From Octopus vulgaris (lineage: Eukaryota), in NCBI GenBank assembly GCA_951406725.2, contig OX597825.1:28210001-28274000 (forward strand): a DNA stretch of 64,000 nt, read 5' to 3'. The position numbers and the translations under genes are program-made. Each line of letters starts with the position of its first letter. Within the stretch, counting starts at the first letter, position 1. The notes under the pieces were generated by a model, which saw only the letters and a list, made by a program, of their open reading frames with translations, made no database searches and had not been told where the DNA came from. Of this stretch, positions 12,620 through 27,239 are shown piece after piece.

Positions 12620-12826
12620 CAACAATTGAGGGTAAAATTAATTAGTTATTAATCAATTTCACCAAAGTAGTATTCAGTATGTAAAAGGACCATTTAAGGC
12701 GAATTCAAAATATTACATTATATAATTAGGGCTTAGTAAAATAAAATAAATTACTTTGCCACATACTGAACTTTCTAGAAATAGCAGCCAAAAAGTTTTT
12801 TAGCCATTTAGGCATATATATATATA

Positions 12827-13010
12827 TGGAGGTGCAATGGCCCAGTGGTTAGAGCAGCGGATTCGCGGTCGGAGGATCGCGGTTTCGATTCCCAGACCGA
12901 GCGTTGTATGTGTTTATTGAGCGAAAACACCTAAAGCACCTGTTGTACTCTTGCGCCACAGAAACCGGGAATGTGGGCCCATGAGCCTGCCTAGGCTTGA
13001 AAAGGGCGCA
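12827..13010 (+). mobile_element. tRNA-derived SINE family C, internally deleted
   Basis: TGGAGGTGCAATGGCCCAGTGGTTAG...GGTTTCGATTCCC head. Confidence 0.8.
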
Positions 13011-13028
13011 TAAATAAATATATTATTA

Positions 13029-13072
<44 letters not shown>

Positions 13073-13285
13073 TGATAATTCGTCGTGGTTGAGTACATAA
13101 ATGGCCTTGGAATATATATACCATGGTTTCAAACACCCACGTATAGGAAACGCACGTTGGCGCTATAATACTATAACGTACGCTCGCAAACACACACACA
13201 TATAATGCTATAACGTACACGCGCAAACACACACACATATGCACACACACACACATATACACACATACACTCACACACATACTTA

Positions 13286-13990
13286 CAGGGTGAGGTGAAA
13301 AGCATGTCGTTTAAATTACACAAAAATGAAAATAGTACTGAGATCTCATTTTAACAGATATATTTACCAAAACTATCTTAAGATACTAAGGAGTAAATTT
13401 GTTCAATAAAATCAACATTGGCTTCAACCACGTCCTCTAGACTTCGGAATCTCTTGCAACTCTTCTGGGCGGTCTCCTTGTTTGAGTTGCCTTCATTTCA
13501 TCTTTGGTGTTACAGGGAGTTTTATGTAACAGCAAACGCTCCACATAAAATAATGAAAGGGATTGCAGTCTGGGGAATTAGGTGGTCAGATGCTAGGGGG
13601 TGTGTGGTCGCAGAAATGGTCTGACAGCCACCCTGTTGATCTCCTCTAGGCCTCCGTGTTGAATCTGAAGCTGTGTGGGAAGATAACGGCGCTATCACTA
13701 GTGATCACTCCATACACCACGATGTGGAATGGATGTTTCATTTTTATCACTCTCGGTACATGTCCACAGATTGAGACCCAAACACAATGAACTGTCCGTA
13801 CTGGACCTTTCGGTGCAAAGCCCAAGAAGTACAGCATGTAGTTTCCAAATTTCTGGCAGAATGAATTTCGTCATGCTACTCTTGTCTTACAGACAGTGCC
13901 CAACTGATCCTACTATACTGTGTAGTCGACAGAATAAAAAAAAAATGACCACGCACGAAATAAATATATAAAATAGCAACAATTTACTCA
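13286..13990 (-). mobile_element. Second, internally deleted copy of the maT-like transposon
   Basis: KHPFHIVVYGVITSD; shares the terminal region with 4920-5085; left end TA-CAGGGTG. Confidence 0.65.
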
Positions 13991-14007
13991 TATATCTGCG
14001 TGTGTGT

Positions 14008-14376
14008 ATTCTTTTATTCTTTTATTTGTTTCAGTCATTTACTGCGGCCATACTGGACCACCGCATTTAGTCGAGGAAATCGACCCCAGGTCTTATTTTT
14101 TGTAAGCTTAGTACTTATTCCATCGGTCTCTTTTGCGAACCTCTAACCTACGGGAACGTAGTCACACCATGGAGGAAAAAACACAGACAGGCAAATACAT
14201 ACTTATTTATATACGACTGGCATCTTTCAGTTCCCGTCTACCAAATCCACTCACAAGTCTTTGGTCGGCCCAAGGTTATAGTAGAAGACACTTGCCCAAA
14301 GTGCCGCGTAGTGGGACTAAAGCCAGAACCATGTGGCTGGTAAACAAGCTTCTTACCACACAGTCACTCTTGCGCC
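14008..14376 (-). mobile_element. tRNA-derived SINE family A
   Basis: Reverse complement of the GGCGCAGGAGTGGCTGTGTGGTAAG head...AAAAGAGT-type tail seen in other copies. Confidence 0.85.
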
Positions 14377-14384
14377 TGTGTATG

Positions 14385-14425
<41 letters not shown>

Positions 14426-15780
14426 AGAGCGAGAGAGAAAGAGAGAGACCCATATTTTTGTGTGTTGTGTGGGTTTCTGAGTTTATCTGAATCAATAAAT
14501 ATCCTTAACCCCCCACCCCCGGAAGCGTTTACCACTTTCATATACGTCTTCAAGATGGAGTTATGCTGTTATATTCTGATTCTTTATGGTAGTGAGAAAC
14601 AAATGTGTTTTCTATTGAATTCACCACCGGAATTCGAAACACGTTCTTTTCTTTTATATATCATAAGTCAGGTCTTGTATTCATGTATTATTGGTTGACG
14701 TTTCCAATGCATTTATTGTACATGGTTCCAAATGACCACTTTTGGGAAACGCTCATTGGCGCTATAATACTATAACGTACACTAGTGTTTATCTTCACAC
14801 ATACATATACACACATACATATACACACATACACACACACACAGACACACACACATACCAGGGTCCATAGTTGCGCTCATTCATCCGTTATGTTTGTGTA
14901 GAACCTAGAAGAGAAAGAAAAATATTTGTGTTCTCCTCTAATGCTTTCCTATCAAGTTTTGCTTCAAATTGTGTGATGTTCTGTGCTGTAGGTCCTCAAA
15001 TGTCTAAGTAAACGGAAAGCCAACACGTGGACGTCATAACTTTGTGTCATATACAGTAGTTGAAGTCATGTAGTTTATAACTTTCATGTTTGTAATCAGT
15101 TCGATAAATCACGTTAGTCTTGAGAAATGTATTCGCGATTTACCTGCCCGTGCTTTCTCATATTCATGAGAAGGCTTTCAACTTTATTGTTTTTATTATA
15201 CTTAGTGCTAGCTTATAGTTTGATGAAATGTATTTTGTGTTCTGTTTTACGAGAATTTTAATAATGAGTTCTTTTATTCTATAGTTAGTATTCATTTGAT
15301 TCATATAATACCGTTTATGTGTAGTTTGTATATTTTTAATAGGTTTGTATTTCTCTGATGTATTTGTTATATTGTTTCAGAGTTTGTTTAGCTCTCTGGC
15401 TTTGTCTACTAGTCTGTTGTTAATTAGTGTTTCTTTTATTCTATAGATTTCTTTATCCAGTATTTATTTTGTAAGAACATAAATGATCTTCTATGTAAGA
15501 ATTTACTATGGTATTGTATGTCTGCAAGGTTTCTCGCTGTCTCCGTCTCAGTATATATACATATATATTTATGTTTGCCTTCGGTGGAAACGGACTTGAT
15601 ACATCTGTTATTTACTATGGCTGATATTAATGTCTAGAAATTGAACTAATTGGAATGATTGGCTTTTCATGTTTCACTCCTGCGTGTCCTGTATTTTAGT
15701 ACGGACCTAACCTTTAGGTCTTCCCTTAATTTGTCAGCGCCAAATTGGCTATTAATGTACAACTCTCATCATGTATTTAA

Positions 15781-16190
15781 ACAAGGAGTGGCCGTGTGGT
15801 AAGTAGCTTGTTTACCAACCACATGGTTCCGGGTTCAGTACCACTGCGTAGCACCTTGGGCAAGTGTCCTCTACTATTGCCTCGGGCCGACCAAAGCCTT
15901 GTGAGTGGATTTGGTAGACGGAAACTGAAAGAAGTCCCTCGTATATATGTATATATATATGCGCGTGTGTGTTTGTTTGTCTGTGTTTGTCCACCTAGCA
16001 TTGCTTGACAACCGATGCTGGTGTGTTTATGTCCCCGTTACTTAGCGTTTCGGCAAAAGGGACCGATAGAATAAGTACTGGGCTTACAAAAGAATAAGTC
16101 CCGGGGTCGAGTTGCTCAATTAATTAAAGGCGGTGCTCCAGCATGGCCGCAGTCAAATGACTGAAACAAGTAAAAGAGCGTAGAAGAGTG
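15781..16190 (+). mobile_element. SINE family A
   Basis: A/B box head (GGTTCCGGGTTCAGT), internal TA/TG microsatellite, GTAAAAGAG tail. Confidence 0.9.
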
Positions 16191-17070
16191 TAAGGAGCAA
16201 TTGCCATGCACTACATTACACATGCGAAAATAAAAGTAGATAAAATAACACTCGTAGCCCTTATATATACTATGCGTAATTCCCAAACAAAAGTAGATTT
16301 TTAACAACGGAAACAATTTTTCAGAACAGAGTTTATTTGCAAAATAAAAACACACAGCATACAGTAACCACAAAAGAAAACAAAAATAAAAAAAACTGAC
16401 TATGAGGTCTAAACCTAACGGTCAAAATTAAAATGCAAAAATAGAGTAATTTTGAAAATTGCGATGTCCAGAACAAGTACTTGAACTTTCCATAATATAA
16501 CAAGATATAAACACGGGCCACCTTGATCAAACACAAGTTGTGGGGCTATAAAGGGCTAAAATAGATGATAATATACTTGGAATCTTTACGATAGTAAAGG
16601 AGCTACATGGAACGAGTACGAAAATGTGACAAAAGCTCGAGAAAAGTAATAGTAGTAGTTTTTAGTATGTCATATCTTGAAGAGAAATTGTTTTCTATAT
16701 ATGTGTGTGTGCGCGCAAATATTGGGAGGGAGGGAAAGAGTGAGAATGAGAAAGAGACAGACAAAGTATGAGAGAGATAGAGAGAGAGAGAGAAAAAAAA
16801 AATGGGAGAGAGAGAGAGAGAGGCGGTTAAGTACGTCTGCTGAAGATCGAGTGTGGAAAGAAATTTTAATCGATTACAATACTTGACTAGTAATTACTCG
16901 ATCTACCCTAGAACAGGGAGGAAAGACAAAGGTTAACCTCCCATGGTTGAGAGACATAAACAACTCGAGCCATTTTGACAGCAGGTACGCAATCATTCTA
17001 TTACTATATATATATATATATATATATACATATATAAATACGTGCACAAGCACACACCCAGAAGCACACG

Positions 17071-17144
<74 letters not shown>

Positions 17145-17173
17145 GATAGATATACATATACATATAGATATAC

Positions 17174-17248
<75 letters not shown>

Positions 17249-17964
17249 CATATATATATACATATATATTTATATAGATATATATATACACATATATATA
17301 TACATACACACACATATATATAAACACAAACACACACAGTCATATATATATCTACATACGCTTATGTATATGTATATGTGTGTGTATGTCTATGCAGGTT
17401 TGTCTGTGTGTATCGTATTTTCGAAGAGATCCGCCACTGCCTGCAAACAATATATTACTACACCGTCTAATGACATTAATACCAATCTTTCACGCGATAT
17501 TATTTTACATCATATCCAAAGATAACATTGCCGATATCTATACAAAGCGATTTTCGAAGCCGCATTACGTTATGAAAAGAAACGAATACGCATCTGTCCA
17601 CACTCTGACACACATGTCCACACATACATACGCAATAAACCACACACACACTCACTCACACATGCACGCACACACACACACAGATATACACACGCCAGCA
17701 AGAATCCATGATATGCAGTGATATTCCGAACCGTCTAGGAGATATTATGATACATCTTGTTGAAGATATAGCGTGTAAATTGATAAATGTCGTTTCTTTC
17801 AATGGAATGGCGCCATCTTAGGAACAATATTTTGGACTAAATAGAAGATGAGATTTATTCTGTGCAACAAAGGTAGGATCGAGTAGGGTGACGGCTGTAG
17901 TTGGCTGCAGTGTATGCATTGCAATCATAATGGCATTTCTCTAGTTATACAAAATTGTTAATCT

Positions 17965-18045
17965 TCACTATTATTATTACTATTGTTATTTTCATCAACA
18001 TTATAATTATTATTATTGTTATTATTATTATTGTTATTATTACTA

Positions 18046-18118
<73 letters not shown>

Positions 18119-18396
18119 CATCATTATTATCATTATTATTATCAGTATTACTATTATTATTATATATATTATTATCATCATTATTATTATTATTATCATT
18201 ATTATTATCATTATTATTATTAAATATCATTATTATTATTATTATTATTATTAAATATTATCATTATTATTATTATTAAATATCATTATTATTATCATTA
18301 TTATTATTAAATATCATTATTATTATTATTATCATTATTATTATCATTATTATTATTAAATATCATTATTATTATTATTATTATTATTAAATATTA

Positions 18397-18487
<91 letters not shown>

Positions 18488-18493
18488 ATATTA

Positions 18494-18527
<34 letters not shown>

Positions 18528-18528
18528 A

Positions 18529-18561
<33 letters not shown>

Positions 18562-18580
18562 GTCATTTGTTGTTGTTGTT
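17965..18580. repeat. (ATT)n/(ATC)n microsatellite array
   Basis: Direct inspection. Confidence 0.95.
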
Positions 18581-19057
18581 GGTACTCCTCTCCACCATTT
18601 CATCAAGCTGATTGGTTGTTTTTTTTCCTGTTCGCTTTAGCCTCCTTCCCATTTCGTATATAGTCATGTCGTGTTTTTATTCTTCGCATTGGTTGCGGTC
18701 CTTGTCGGTGGTGTTATTGGTATTTTTGCAACATTAGCTGCATTGGTACCATCATTGCTATTATTCCTGTAAATAATAGTGATGTTGGCGGTAGTGCTGA
18801 TTATGATAGGGATAATAGTGGTGACATAGACGGCGCTGGGGGTGCTATAAGTTTTTAGTCTTCATTTTCTAGAATCTGATTTTTTTTTTGTTTCGATTTT
18901 ATTTCGATATTCTTTGGTTATTTATGAATTGTTTTGTATGTACGTAGTTGTCTTCTGTGTTGGTTGAGTATGTCGGCTGAAAATATTGCATTGTTACACA
19001 CACTTGCTAAGCCAAGCAACGAGAATGGATTTATGTTAATTTTGATATGGCATCAAG

Positions 19058-19096
19058 TGTGTGTGTGTGTGCATGTATATATATATATATATATAT

Positions 19097-19173
<77 letters not shown>

Positions 19174-19294
19174 TACATACATATATACACACACGCACAC
19201 ACACACACATAGATAGATAGAGAGAGAGAGAGAGATAAATAGATAGACAGACAGATAGACAGGTAGATAGGTAGATTGATAGATAGATAGATAA

Positions 19295-19339
<45 letters not shown>

Positions 19340-19356
19340 CAGACAGATAGACAGAC

Positions 19357-19454
<98 letters not shown>

Positions 19455-19470
19455 TTAGATAGATAGATAT

Positions 19471-19503
<33 letters not shown>

Positions 19504-19528
19504 CAGACAGATAGACAGACAGACAGAC

Positions 19529-19591
<63 letters not shown>

Positions 19592-19600
19592 CGGACAGAC
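19058..19600. repeat. Compound (TG)/(TA)/(CA)/(TAGA)/(CAGA) microsatellite
   Basis: Direct inspection; similar compound arrays throughout (e.g. 1-250, 770-1310, 17005-17340, 38030-39230, 40860-42070, 45700-46630, 52415-52890). Confidence 0.95.
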
Positions 19601-21141
19601 AGAGGGACGGATGAAAAGACACATGGGCAGATGCATAGGCGGGCAGACAGTTCGGAAAGGCACAGAGATAGAGAGAAGGAAAGTAAGATAAGTAGGTGGG
19701 GAAGATAGATAAATAGACAGATAAAAAGAGAGAGGAATAGGAAGGTAGGCAGACAGATAGTGAGAGAGAGAGGGGGGAGAGAAGGAGATCTAAGCATTTC
19801 CTATCAACATTTCTATGTTTGTGTGGGAGTGTTGGGAGTGAGTTTTATTTGTATTTTGCTTATCCAATATAGTTATTTAGGTAGATATATTTATGTGCCT
19901 AATATGTTCATATCTGGGAGCAAATAAATTTATTGATGCTTATAGCCAAAGACATGAGCCTACACACACATACGTGTATGTATGCATATTTATATGTATA
20001 TATATATATATTTATATGTATATATATATATATATACATACATACATACACACATACATATATATATATGTTTGTATGTATTCACACAAACACACACGAA
20101 TGTGTACATGTATATATATGAATATATACATATATGTAAGTTTATAAATGTATAATATATACACAGATAAAGAGTGATTGATAGATAGATATGAAAATAC
20201 ATTGGTGCAATTGATATTACATATGCACATATTAACACAGACACAGACACACACAAAGCCTCTTAAAAAACATCCATGCATATATATGTTTATATACATA
20301 TCTATATCAAGATATATATATATATATATGTTAGCTTGATTCTATTTTCAGAGGCGGGGGTTTTCTGATTATGTCTCCATGTGTGTATGCGTTTGTTAGT
20401 ACACAAATTTTATTTTGTATTGCAGTGATAAATCACCCAGCTGCTCTTCGGTGACTTGTCGAGTTAGGTTAGCATCAATCTCAATATTCTCCTGAATATA
20501 TTTGTCGCCATTACACCATGCGATTTACAATCTGTCATCGCTTTACGTTTATTTATTTTCTATTATTGCACTTGTTGTTGTTGATATTATTATTATTATT
20601 ATTATTATTATCATTATTATTATTATTATTATTATCATTATTATTATTACTATTACTATGTTTCCGACAGTTTTATGCGTGTTTCTATTGCTCCACCCGG
20701 GACAATTATGAGTTTTCCTCGTGGTGTATGTAGAATTGTTTTGGGTGATGCTGGAATGCTTTTGTATACCGTTTCAGATTTGCTTTGTAATGGAAATAGT
20801 TTTTCACGTTGCTGGTGTTATTTTTAATATTTTGTCTGTTCTGTAAAATATATTTAATGAGATTTCTGTTACTGTGGTGGTCTGCTCTCCCTGATTCATA
20901 TGCGGAGTCTAATGTGTGTTATATATGCGCATGCTTACACACACACATATATTATATATATATTCTGCTTTTACAGTGCTTTATTTAGTTAGAAAATAAT
21001 ACTATTGTATACCAATAATATAAATAATTTATAATTTTTATATAAAACTCTTTCACTGACTTCGGTTCTATTTATGGCTAGGCGTTCAACCGAATATACC
21101 CGGCATTGATGTAACAAATATTTAAAAATGTTGTGTTCGGT

Positions 21142-21259
21142 GAATCTAGCTGATGAGTACTAACCGAATTTACGATAACAGGCGTACTAAATAATCCACT
21201 CTAGGTTGTTCATCTATCCGGTTGTCATACTGGAGGTAAGACGAAATGTTTTTATATTC
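21142..21259 (+). ncRNA. Degenerate type-I HHR with long stem II insertion
   Basis: GAATCTAG-CTGATGA-GTACTAACC...GGTAAGAC-GAAA-TGTTT-TTATATTC; stem I pairs 7/8; lies within a TA-bounded segment ~20960-21460. Confidence 0.5.
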
Positions 21260-21456
21260 GTTGCCCGCACACTTCTTTGCGAGTATATATTCAGTGAAGC
21301 TTTACATAGCGTTGTACTGTTATCGACTGCTATTTCGAGCAAACATTAGTGACTTCTTGTACCACTATTCCACTATTTTATATTTGTATTTCTACCTTTA
21401 CAGTGTTTTATTCAGCTGGAAAATAATACTGCTGTATCCCAAAAGTATGTATAACT

Positions 21457-21508
<52 letters not shown>

Positions 21509-21579
21509 TATATTATATATCATATATATATATATGTCTAAGTGTGTGTGGGTGTATATATACATACACAGACACACAC

Positions 21580-21617
<38 letters not shown>

Positions 21618-21884
21618 TTGAGTGTGTATGCCCTGTATCTGTGAGTCTGTGTGTCGAATTGAACTTTTTTTATGATGGTTGAATTTTCTGATCTGCCTCT
21701 ACCGCGTGAGTTGTGTTGTAGACATGGATACCCAACAACATAGAATGTGAAAGATTTCCTCATTTTATTTTATTGTTCTACTTAAATAATGATTATTATT
21801 AAAATTTTGGTTTGCCTCATATTCGGCCTCATTCGTTGTAGAATTTATATGGTTAGCGGGTGACAAAATGTAACCTTAGGTATC

Positions 21885-22215
21885 CACAAGTTTTCAGCAG
21901 ACTTTCAAGTGCTTAGAACCCGTCAGATAATCCTTATTGTCCATATGAGACAATAAAGATTTTTACCGGGCATTCAATTTCAATCTCCTTCAGTCATTTG
22001 TCTGTATCTGAGTTTTCTGTTCCCAATGCACCAATTGTTATAGGCACGAGCTTTACTGTCTTCATGCTTCAAATTCTTATTTCAAATTTTAAGGGGCTGT
22101 ATGCTTTTGATTTTGTTTTTATTCCTCTTTCTTACGATCCTGGAATCAAATATGCATGATAGGTCCATAACTAAGCACATTTTCCTTCTCAATAATTGTT
22201 ATGCTTGGTCTATTA
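21885..22215 (-). pseudogene. R4/Dong-like non-LTR retrotransposon fragment (restriction-like endonuclease)
   Basis: Minus-strand remnants NNRP..., CLVMDLSC.FDSR, VKLVPITIGALG; near (ATT)n tracts. Confidence 0.6.
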
Positions 22216-22310
22216 TTTTCTAACTTCTCATCCGTTTGAAAAGGATAGTCCCGCAAAATCTTACATTTCTCCGACTCCAGTACTCTTTCGATTTGATGAT
22301 TGTACTTTTA

Positions 22311-22596
<286 letters not shown>

Positions 22597-22602
22597 GAAG
22601 AA

Positions 22603-22820
22603 GGCGGCGAGCTGGCAGAATATTTAGCACGCCGGGCAAAATGCATACCCGTATTTTGCCCGTCGCTATGTCCTGAGCTCAAATTCCGTCGAGGTCGCCT
22701 TTACGTTTCATTCTTTCGGGGTCGATAAATTAAGTACCAATTGAGTACTGGGGTCAATGTAATCGACTATCCCCCTTCCCTCAAATTTCAGGCTTTGTGC
22801 CTCTAGTAGAAATGGTAATT
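22603..22820 (+). mobile_element. SINE family B (Meta-core-like)
   Basis: GGCGGCGAGCTGGCAGAA head; central ...TTTCGGGGTCGATAAATTAAGTACC resembling the MetaSINE core. Confidence 0.85.
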
Positions 22821-23689
22821 ATTATCATCGATGACGACGATGATGATGATGTACGTGTAGTGTTGTACGTGTTGGATAGTGATTGCGAGTATAATGTCTT
22901 GTGTGGTTGGTATTTCACGTGACTAATAGTATATTATTGACTTGATTTTGCATGGGGTTACGTCCTTTTTGTCAATTTCTTCCTGCAATGGTGTCACCGT
23001 GCTGATTTCGTCTCCTGTTTCCCTTTACAACACCTCTAATATTTTGATTCACATTGTAACAAAATTCTCGTTTTCGTCCTTATTGAAGTTTCTTTCGTGT
23101 ATTCGTTATTGTTTATATTTGTTTCTTTATATGAAGAGAATTTCATTTCATTTTTATCTTTTAGTTTAGAAATAGTAGAAAGCCGATTACCTATCCTAGG
23201 TTATCTAGAAATATCGAGATAAAAGAAGATACCCCACGTTATCTTGGGGTATCGTTTACGAATTTGGTTGAATACTTTTTCATTACTCCCACAACACCTA
23301 TTTTATAAGATGCATTCTTTTTCTTCTGGTCACACATTCGGATCATCCCTATTTCCCGAGATTTATATTTGCATAACGTCTTCATGTCTTTTCGAGACAC
23401 CTTATCCTCTGTCCGGGAAAATATATCGATTAGAAGCTACTTCTATTTTCGTTGATCCTTCACAACAATTTCCGGTCAAATAACCTTGATCTTCCTGTCT
23501 GTGTGTAATATTATATTCTCCAGAGAATATTTTATTTGACATTCCAGGATATCTTTTTAGTGCACGGCTATAAATTCTCTTTGCTGTCGATATTTCTTCG
23601 AGTTGGCATATGTTCCAGTCTATTTTAGTCCAAACAATCTGAATCTATTCTGCCTTTGTTCAGACTTTGCTACCAGAGACAAAGTAAAT

Positions 23690-23830
23690 GTTTTTTTTCC
23701 CTATATGCAAGTATTCTACTGATACTGAATGTGTATCCTGATAGTATTTGGTGAGGAGTATTTGATTCTGTGCTGCAGTAAAAAGCCTCCTCTCTTTACA
23801 TTCAAATCTGTGCTCCGTCACTCACCAGTT
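23690..23830 (-). pseudogene. R4/Dong-like LINE fragment (region before the zinc knuckle)
   Basis: Minus strand ...AAQNQILLTKYYQ resembling the R4-type ETEGF.AAQDQ motif. Confidence 0.45.
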
Positions 23831-24103
23831 AAATGATGTTATAGCATGCACCCTACTTTAGTCAGTTGTTAAAGTTAGCAATGTACTTACGAACAGGCAC
23901 AGACTCACTCTTAATCCTTTCCCTTTTAATCCAATAAAATATTTATGATGTTAGAGTTTTAAGAATAGAGATCAGTGCCAGATCTCGGCAGGTATTCATT
24001 TTATCTAAGTAACCTGGAGCACTGGGAAACCTTGGTCAAGAATATATTACTCTGTCCGAACCAGGAATCGTAACGAGGACTTATCATTGTAATCCCAACA
24101 CTA

Positions 24104-24433
24104 AAAAAAAAAGACTCCGCCGGTTACGACGACGAGGGTCCCAGCTGATACGATCAACGGAACAGCTTGCTCGTGAAATTAACGTGCAAATGGCTGAGCA
24201 TTCCACAGACACGTGTACCCTTAACGTAGTTCTCGGGGATAATCAGCGTGACACAGAGAGTGACAAGGCTGACCCTTTGAAATACAAGTACAACTCATTT
24301 TTGCCAGCTGAGTGGACTGGAGCAACGTGAAATAAAGTGTCTTGCTCAAGGACACAACGCGTCGCCGGGAATCGAACTCACAACCTTACGATCATGAGCC
24401 GAATGCCCTAACCACTAAGCCACGCGCCCTCAC
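24104..24433 (-). mobile_element. tRNA-derived SINE (V-domain-like) with 14 bp TSD, nested in an older SINE
   Basis: Head GGCGCGTGGCTTAGTGGTTAGG...GAGTTCGATTC; GTGTCCTTGAGCAAGACACTT; TSD TAATCCCAACACTA at 24090-24103 and 24434-24447. Confidence 0.9.
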
Positions 24434-24909
24434 TAATCCCAACACTAGACCGTACGCCTTTACATTAGATTATTAAATGCACAAATATAATCGATGCAAA
24501 TTTAATAATATTTAGACATTTAATATAAATATGGTATCCAATTTGGTAAGGTACAGAAAATTGTTATTCAAGAATGAGGTTACTTGTTCGTGAAAACCTT
24601 TTCGAGTTTCGCATGCTGTTGCACATTAAATGTGCATATGTATATATAGTAGTCGTTGTTGGGTAACGCTGATCAGAGTCCATTGGTTTATTTCTTGAGG
24701 TTAGAGTGCTTGCATCGAATTTAAACAACCGCCTGTAGTTGGGCGCAGAGCAAGATGACACTAAATCAGATTTTACATTGAATCTTGAGAGTCTTGTACC
24801 AGTCAACATATACCTGAACATATCTCTGTTCGCCTTTCCTTGATCACCCTGGAATTGGATTCCGTTTGCATTTGAACGTGATGCGCGGACTAGGTATTCG
24901 GTTGTTGAA

Positions 24910-25143
24910 GGCGGCGAGCTGGCAGAAACGTTAGCACACCGGGCGAAATGCGTAGCTGTATTTCGGCTGCCATTACGTTCTGAGTTCAAATTCCGCCGAG
25001 GTCGACTTTGCCTTTCATCCTTTCGGGGTCGATAAATTAAGTACCAGTTACGCACTGGGGTCGATATACTCGACTTAATCCGTTTGTCTGTCTTTGTTTG
25101 TCCTCTCTGTGTTTAGCCCCTTGTGGGTAGTAAAGAAATAGGT
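24910..25143 (+). mobile_element. SINE family B inserted in a degraded LINE-like sequence
   Basis: Full copy; imperfect TSD GGTTGTTGAAG/GGTTTTTGAAG. Confidence 0.88.
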
Positions 25144-26009
25144 TTTTGAAGATGCGAAAAGGTTGTTCCACGCAAGCAAGCACTGATTTCGTTAGCTTAT
25201 TGTTTTTTAAATTCTGGTAGATTTTTGCACAATTGTAACTACTAATTTGTCATTTGTACTTTTATCTGCTCTTTTGTATGCTCCATAGTCATCTATGAAA
25301 GAAGTCTCAAAATTGACTCTATGACTCCTCTACAAACGCCAAATTCCAAATACATCACTACACTTATACATACAGCCAGTCTGATAATATAAAAAAACAT
25401 CCTTATTACTGAGAACGATGCACTTTCGTAGAATAACTGAAATGGATTGGACTTCTCATAGTATATTCTCTGTTTATTTTTCTGGCTTGTCAGACTGTTT
25501 ATAGAGTAATTTTATAATGTTCAGTCAATTGCTGAACAATGTCGTGGATAACGACGTTTATCCTAACGAGAACATTCTATAATATACGCCAGCCTTCTAG
25601 TTTTCAACGACAAGCCATACTTGATTGTTGCTATGTAAAATTCATTGAGAGGTGCTGTTAGATTCTCCTAATTCGGTAATCTCGGACGTAAGGCATTTTG
25701 CGTCTTGTACCGTTTTCTGTTTTCTCTTGGCTTTAGGTTTCCTGATATTAAACAGCATAGTGTGCATGCCGGTTATGATATTGATTCCCTCTTCGTTGTT
25801 CCGGAAAGCTGTATTCAAATATAGCATTTGATATGATATGCAAAAACGGCGGGGGCGATAATATTTCATTTTCACTCCAGGGCTCTTCTAGAAGTAATCA
25901 ATTTCCATTCATATTTTTAAACCTTTCATATAAATTTATACATAATTACATACCGTATATGTATACGCATATATATTTATATATATATTTGTATATATAT
26001 ATAGATATG

Positions 26010-26053
<44 letters not shown>

Positions 26054-26129
26054 CAATAATGAATCTCTGAACGATGTGTGTGTATGTGTGTGAGTGAGTG
26101 AGAGAAAGAGAGAGAGAGTGTGTGTGTGT

Positions 26130-26470
26130 GTAAGTGGTTGTGTTGTAAGTAGCTTGCTTACCAACCACATAATTCCGGGTTCAGTCCTACAGAGTGGCAC
26201 CTAGGGCGAGTGTGTTCTAGTATAGCTTCGGGCTTGGGAGTGGATTTGTTAGACGGAAACTAAAAGCCAGTCGTGTATATATATATATTTGTGTGTGTGT
26301 GTGTGTGTATGCTTGTGTGTGTGTATGCTTGTGTGTGTGTATGCTTGTGTGTGTGTATGCTTGTGTGTGTGTATGCTTGTGTGTGTGTATGCTTGTGTGT
26401 GTGTATGCTTGTGTGTGTGCGTCCCGCAACATCGCTTGACAACCACTGCTTGTGTGCTTACGTCCCCATC
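26130..26470 (+). mobile_element. SINE family A, degenerate, with expanded internal TATGCTTGTGTGTG tandem
   Basis: Head and CGCTTGACAACC segment recognisable. Confidence 0.7.
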
Positions 26471-26622
26471 ACGCACACATGTGTTATGTGTTATGCGCAC
26501 ATAAGTCATGTGTCTGCGTGTGTGTATGCACCTACCTACCTACCTATAAATCTATGTATATATGTGTATATATATATATATAGATAGATATACATACATA
26601 TATATATATATATATACATACA

Positions 26623-27006
26623 TCTCTATATATATAAACGGCAGTTTGTCTGTGCGTGTTTCTGTGTGTCTGTTTGGTTGTACCCTCACCCTGACCACGG
26701 CTTTCAACCGATTCTGATGAAACTTGACACACACATAGCCCAATGTCATAATTCAAAACTAAAGCAGCGAAAATTTTGAAAAGTTCCCCCAGTTCTGAAA
26801 AAAATCGATAAATTCGACATGGGGTCGAGAATCAGAAACACAAACCGCAAACTGTCTAGGGGACGCAACTCCACCTTTTTTAACTAAAAAAAAAAATTAC
26901 CATCATTTTTTTCCATTTTTTTTGCTATTTTTTGGCTATAACTCTCTAAAAATGCTTTATAGTTATTTCCCTTACAAACCTGAGCAACGCCGGGCGATAC
27001 TGCTAG
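26623..27006 (+). mobile_element. Non-autonomous Helitron
   Basis: A|TC 5' start (TCTCTATATATATAAA), subterminal hairpin CCTGAGCAACGCCGGG at 26979-26994, CTAG|T 3' end, no TSD. Confidence 0.85.
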
Positions 27007-27023
27007 TATATATATATACATAC

Positions 27024-27103
<80 letters not shown>

Positions 27104-27239
27104 GTGTGTATGTATGTTTGTATGTATGTATCTGTATGTATCCATATATATAAAGCATTGATTAGTTAACAAACATCAAATGCGAGTCAACGACTTTATA
27201 TAACACCTCGCTTCCATACATTTCATCATCGTAAGCTCG

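Noticed and set aside
14860-15770. Degraded LINE-like coding remnants (also ~5300-6100, 24480-25830, 30450-34300, 57600-59100, 62460-63400)
   Set aside because: Only faint motif resemblance; cannot assign family or boundaries without a homology search
26714-26725. CTGATGA-AAC inside the Helitron as a hammerhead core
   Set aside because: No stem II or properly placed GAAA/stem III/stem I
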